Below the pieces are notes generated by a model that saw nothing but the letters and a program-made list of their open reading frames with translations, did not search any database and had not been told where the DNA came from. Shown here piece after piece: positions 60,338 through 64,000 of a DNA stretch of 64,000 bases (position 1 is its first letter; every line of letters begins with the position of its first letter). The DNA is taken from assembly GCA_963779755.1 (NCBI GenBank), contig CAVZZO010000001.1, positions 1,984,001 to 2,048,000 of the forward strand, written 5' to 3'. A program made the translations under genes and the position numbers. The stretch comes from an uncultured Gemmatimonadales bacterium. Its GTDB lineage: Bacteria; Gemmatimonadota; Gemmatimonadetes; Gemmatimonadales; GWC2-71-9.

Positions 60338-61564
60338 ATGCCTCCCGTCCACGTTACCTCCGAAATCGGCGCCCTCCAGAGTGTGCTGGTCCATACGCCC
60401 GGCCTCGAGCTCCAGGCGGTCACGCCCGGGACGCGCGAAGACTACCTCTACGACGACATCATCGACCTGGAGATCGCTCAGCGCGAGCACCGGAAGTTTG
60501 TCCAGGTGCTGGGGGAGTTCGCCCAGGTGCACCAGGTGTCGGAGCTGCTGGTGCAGGTGCTGGATCAGCCCGCCGCCCGGGAATACGTCATCACCAAGAC
60601 CATGGATGTGCTGGCCTCCGACGCCCTGGCCCAGGCGATGACCGCGCTGCCGGCCGACGCGCTGGTGCGGATGCTGGTCGAAGGGGTGGAGGAGGAGGCG
60701 GGCCCCATCGCCCGGTCGCTGAACGAAGCCGGATACATGTTCCCGCCGCTTCCCAATCTCTTTTTTCCCCGCGACATCGGCTTCGTGATCGGCGACCGGG
60801 CCGTGGTGGGTTCCATGCGCCACGGCGTGCGCTGGACCGAGGAACTGCTGGTCAAGGCCCTGTTCCAGTTTCATCCCGAGCTGGAGAATGCCGGCCTGCT
60901 CTACGACGGCTCGGAAGAGCGGCGCAACAACTATACGCTCGAAGGCGGCGACGTTCACCACCTGCGCGAGGATCTGCTGGTGGTGGGCTTCAGCGAGCGC
61001 TCCTCCCCCGCGGCGCTGGACCAGCTTTGCGAGGTGGTCTTCGATCGCGGCACGGTCACCGACGTCATCATCGTGGTGATGCCCAAGGAGCCCACCGCCA
61101 TCCATCTCGACATGCTCTTCACCCAGGTGGATCGCGAGCGCTGCGTCATTTACCCGCCGCATTTCGTGGGGCCCGAGCGGCTGGCCATCCTGCACCGGCG
61201 CAAGGGCCAGCAGGGGGTGCGCGAGATGCCCAACTTCTTCGCCGCGCTGCAGGCCGTCGGGCTGCCGCTGGAGCCGATCTTCTGCGGCGGCGAACACCGC
61301 GCCACCCAGGAGCGGGAGCAGTGGAGCTCCGCCTGCAATTTCCTGGCGCTGCGGCCCGGCGTGCTGCTGAGCTACCACCGCAACGAGGCGACCCTCGAGG
61401 CGCTGGCCCGGGGCGGCTTCCGCATCCATCCCGGCGCCGACCTGCTGGCCGGCCGTCCGGCGCCCGAAGGTCCTACGGTGATCACCATCGAGGGCAGCGA
61501 GCTGGTTCGCGGGGGCGGAGGCCCGCGCTGCATGTCCCTGCCGCTCCGGCGGGAAGATCCATGA
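60338..61564 (+). CDS. arcA: Arginine deiminase
   Basis: VTSEIG.L, LYDDI, PNLFFPRD, LEGGDV, HLD and SELVRGGGGPRCMSLPL. Confidence 0.92.
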   Translation: MPPVHVTSEIGALQSVLVHTPGLELQAVTPGTREDYLYDDIIDLEIAQREHRKFVQVLGEFAQVHQVSELLVQVLDQPAAREYVITKTMDVLASDALAQAMTALPADALVRMLVEGVEEEAGPIARSLNEAGYMFPPLPNLFFPRDIGFVIGDRAVVGSMRHGVRWTEELLVKALFQFHPELENAGLLYDGSEERRNNYTLEGGDVHHLREDLLVVGFSERSSPAALDQLCEVVFDRGTVTDVIIVVMPKEPTAIHLDMLFTQVDRERCVIYPPHFVGPERLAILHRRKGQQGVREMPNFFAALQAVGLPLEPIFCGGEHRATQEREQWSSACNFLALRPGVLLSYHRNEATLEALARGGFRIHPGADLLAGRPAPEGPTVITIEGSELVRGGGGPRCMSLPLRREDP

Positions 61565-62349
61565 GCGGGCTCACGGCCTATCCCGACCGCACTCTGGGAG
61601 AGCGGGCCGTCGAGCATCTGCAGGGGGGGCCCCGGTCGGCCGCCGACCTGACCCGCGACATCCTGGGCCTGCGCAACGCGCCGGAGGTCATCGCCGAGCG
61701 CCTGACGGTGGCGTTGCTGGGCGCGGACCCGCGGGTGCGCCAGCTGCCCGACGGCCGCTGGGCGGTAGCCTCGGCCGCGCGGGTCTCCTCGCCCATCGGC
61801 GAGTGCAGCTTCGCCGTCGTGGATGTCGAGACCACCGGCGCCCGGGCCGGCGACGGGGATCGGGTCATGGAAATCGCGGTCGTGGCCGTTTTCGGCGCCC
61901 GGGTCGAGATGATCCTGGATACGCTGGTGAATCCGGGACGGCCCATTCCCTGGTGGGCCACCTCCGTCACCGGCATCACCGACGGGATGGTCCGCGGCGC
62001 CCCATCCTTCCACGAGGTAGCCGACCAGGTGCTGGCGGCGCTCGCCGGCCGGGTATTCGTCGCGCACAACGCGCGCTTCGACTGGCGTTTCGTGGATGCG
62101 GAGGTCCGGCGTTCCCGCGCCCTGGCGCTGGACGGCACCCGGCTCTGCACCGTCCGGCTGGCCCGCCGGCTGCTGCCGGGGCCGCGTTCCTGCGGCCTCG
62201 ATGCGCTGAGCCGCTTCTTCGGGTTCGACAACCCGGCGCGCCATCGCGCCGGCGGCGACGCGCTGGTCACCGCCTGGTTGTTGCAGCGGCTGCTGGGGCT
62301 GGCCGGCGAGCGGGGTGTGGGGACGCTGGAAGAGCTGGGGGCGCTATGA
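61561..62349 (+). CDS. DEDDh 3'-5' exonuclease (DnaQ-like)
   Basis: VVDVETTG, VAHNARFD and HRAGGDA; ATGA overlap with arcA. Confidence 0.9.
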   Translation: MSGLTAYPDRTLGERAVEHLQGGPRSAADLTRDILGLRNAPEVIAERLTVALLGADPRVRQLPDGRWAVASAARVSSPIGECSFAVVDVETTGARAGDGDRVMEIAVVAVFGARVEMILDTLVNPGRPIPWWATSVTGITDGMVRGAPSFHEVADQVLAALAGRVFVAHNARFDWRFVDAEVRRSRALALDGTRLCTVRLARRLLPGPRSCGLDALSRFFGFDNPARHRAGGDALVTAWLLQRLLGLAGERGVGTLEELGAL

Positions 62350-63260
62350 CCCTGACGCACGATTTCCATGTCGGATCGCTGCGCTGCTTCACCCTGGAAG
62401 GCGGGCGGCAGCGGCTGGACGGCGGCGCCATGTTCGGCGTCGTTCCCAAGCCGCTGTGGGAGCGGCGCATCCCGGCCGATGCGCGCAATCGCATTCCGCT
62501 GGCGCTGCGCTGCCTGCTCATCGAGCATCCCGAAGGGCTGGTCCTGGTGGATACCGGGCTGGGCAACAAGGAAGATTCGAAATTCCGCGATATCTACGGC
62601 GTGGAGAACCAAGGCGCCTCCGGCGCGACCCAGCTGGAAGACGCGCTGCTGGACCTGGGGTACCGGCCGGAAGAGGTGCGGTGGGTGATCAACACGCATC
62701 TGCATTTTGATCACGCGGGGGGGAATACCCGGGCGGCAGGACGGCAAGGCGGCGGGACGGCAGGCGAGGCGCAGCTTTCCTTCCCCAATGCGACCTACAT
62801 GGTGCAGCGGCGGGAGCTGGAGTTTGCCCGGCACACCAACGAGCGCACCCGGGCGAGCTATCTGCCGCACAACTGGGAGCCGGTGGCCGCGGCCGGCCGC
62901 TGGCGGTTGCTGGAAGGCGACGAGGAGGTGCTCCCCGGGATTTCCGTGCGGCTCACGCCCGGGCACATCCCCTTTCATCAGTCGGTTCTGGTGCGCGATC
63001 ACGGGCAGACCGCCTGCTTTCTGGGCGATCTGATCCCCACCTCGGCCCACCTGCCGCTGGCCTGGATCATGGGCTACGATCTGGAGCCGCTGCGGACACT
63101 GGAGACCAGGCGGACGCTCCTGCCCCAGGCGGCAGCCGAGGGTTGGCGGCTCATCTTCGAGCACGACCCGGTGGTGGTCGACGGCATCGCGCGGCAGGAA
63201 GCGAAGGCGGTGGGACTGACCGACGTGACGACCGTTGAGAGAACTGAAGAACAGGACTGA
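62346..63260 (+). CDS. Metallo-beta-lactamase fold hydrolase (YtnP-like)
   Basis: LDGGAMFGVVPKPLW, THLHFDHAGG and WIMGYD. Confidence 0.92.
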   Translation: MTLTHDFHVGSLRCFTLEGGRQRLDGGAMFGVVPKPLWERRIPADARNRIPLALRCLLIEHPEGLVLVDTGLGNKEDSKFRDIYGVENQGASGATQLEDALLDLGYRPEEVRWVINTHLHFDHAGGNTRAAGRQGGGTAGEAQLSFPNATYMVQRRELEFARHTNERTRASYLPHNWEPVAAAGRWRLLEGDEEVLPGISVRLTPGHIPFHQSVLVRDHGQTACFLGDLIPTSAHLPLAWIMGYDLEPLRTLETRRTLLPQAAAEGWRLIFEHDPVVVDGIARQEAKAVGLTDVTTVERTEEQD

Positions 63261-63282
63261 GGACTGAGGACTGAGTATCTTC

Positions 63283-63490
63283 CCGTCCTGCCGTCCTGCC
63301 GTCCTGCCGTCCTGCCGTCCTGCCGTCCTGCCGTCCTGCCGTCCTGCCGTCCTGCCGTCCTGCCGTCCTGCCGTCCTGCCGTCCTGCCGTCCTGCCGTCC
63401 TGCCGTCCTGCCGTCCTGCCGTCCTGCCGTCCTGCCGTCCTGCCGTCCTGCCGTCCTGCCGTCCTGCCGTCCTGCCGTCCTGCCGTCCTG
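63283..63490. repeat. Octamer tandem repeat (CCGTCCTG) x26
   Basis: Perfect 208-bp array, preceded by GGACTGA heptamers at 63252-63275. Confidence 0.97.
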
Positions 63491-63608
63491 CGACCGAGCG
63501 GCCTCCAATAGAAAGCCGCGAGGAAGTCCTTTAGGGCCGTCCTGCCGTCCTGCGACCGAGCGGCCTCCAATAGAAAGCCGCGAGGAAGTCCTTTAGGGCC
63601 GTCCTGCC
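63491..63608. repeat. Tandem duplication of a 62-bp unit (family C)
   Basis: CGACCGAGCGGCCTCCAATAGAAAGCCGCGAGGAAGTCCTTTAGGGCCGTCCTGCC occurs twice; reverse complement of 37448-37518. Confidence 0.92.
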
Positions 63609-63612
63609 CGCC

Positions 63613-63641
63613 TTGCCGTACTCTCGCCCATCTCATAGCTT
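63613..63641 (+). promoter_or_regulatory. Sigma70-like promoter
   Basis: TTGCCG-17-TAGCTT. Confidence 0.65.
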
Positions 63642-63647
63642 CTCCCT

Positions 63648-63769
63648 TCGCATCGCAGGATGCACCCCGTCCGCGGGAAGGGATCATCCCACCTGTGCTG
63701 TTCGAGGATCAGTCCTGACCCTCTTCTGCCCGTCATTCGCGGACACCGGGCGCTATGGAAGGGGGAGCC
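63648..63769 (+). ncRNA. Candidate structured 5' leader RNA
   Basis: Hairpin GCATC-gcag-GATGC; long-range stem GTCCGCGGG/TTCGCGGAC; inner pairing AAGGGATCA/TGACCCTCTT. Confidence 0.45.
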
Positions 63770-64000
63770 ATGACCCGCCGTCTGCCTGCACGTCCCAGTC
63801 TCGAACATCTTCGTAAACAGGCCAGGCAACTGCTGCGCGGGGTGCAGCAGGGCAACCCGGAGGCGTGTGAGCGCCTGCGCTCGCTGCTGCCGCCGCCGCT
63901 GCCCGACGAGCCCAGGCTGGCCGACGCGCAACGCGCCATCGCCCGGGAGTATGGGTTTCCCGGCTGGGGCCGGCTCAAGGCCCGGGTGGAGGAGTTGGAC
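63770..64000 (+). CDS. N-terminal helical domain commonly fused to ankyrin repeats or other effectors; 3'-truncated by the window edge
   Basis: MTRRLPARPSLEHLRKQARQLL...LADAQRAIAREYGFPGWGRLKARVE; SD AAGGGGGAG; absent from the ORF track because there is no stop in the window. Confidence 0.85.
   Translation, partial: MTRRLPARPSLEHLRKQARQLLRGVQQGNPEACERLRSLLPPPLPDEPRLADAQRAIAREYGFPGWGRLKARVEELD

Noticed and set aside
60289..62349. 686-aa ORF suggesting a large exonuclease fusion
   Set aside because: The N-terminal part is an alternative frame over arcA; the real gene starts at ATG 61561.
63283..63608. Possible CRISPR array
   Set aside because: Contiguous 8-bp units with no unique spacers; the two 62-bp units are identical; no cas genes.

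Overview
This is a high-GC bacterial chromosome segment. The gene content (kdp, hrcA-dnaJ-prmA-rsmE, mutS2-dnaG, tandem carboxypeptidase-regulatory-like secreted proteins) suggests Gemmatimonadota, but that is inference. The left half (1-31.6 kb) is accessory-like and lies downstream of a tRNA-Val(CAC). It carries cyanophycin synthetase (5'-truncated), a lipocalin, a ~2900-aa cyclic beta-1,2-glucan synthase, an ArsP-like permease/thioredoxin pair, a flavin monooxygenase, a HipBA-type toxin-antitoxin pair, a TreS-like GH13, a GH2 beta-galactosidase, an SGNH hydrolase and a complete kdpFABCDE operon. The right half is mostly housekeeping genes, with intergenic spaces filled by 7-9 bp tandem repeats and dispersed palindromic repeats. 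The most notable unexplained signals are: (1) a promoter plus ~120-nt structured leader in front of a gene with an 'LPARPSLEHLRKQA...LADAQ..IAREYGF..W' N-terminal domain at the right edge; (2) a 28-bp direct repeat derived from the tRNA terminator that brackets the kdp operon; (3) a second tiny membrane peptide gene upstream of kdpF; (4) several genes that appear to need CTG/ACG starts, including rsmA, whose coupled GTG start looks broken by a 2x14-bp repeat insertion; (5) a recurrent leaderless-promoter signature; and (6) modular repeat elements that supply stop and start codons and invade a CDS. No integrase, transposase, CRISPR array or rRNA was seen. All calls come from reading the sequence; no database search was run.
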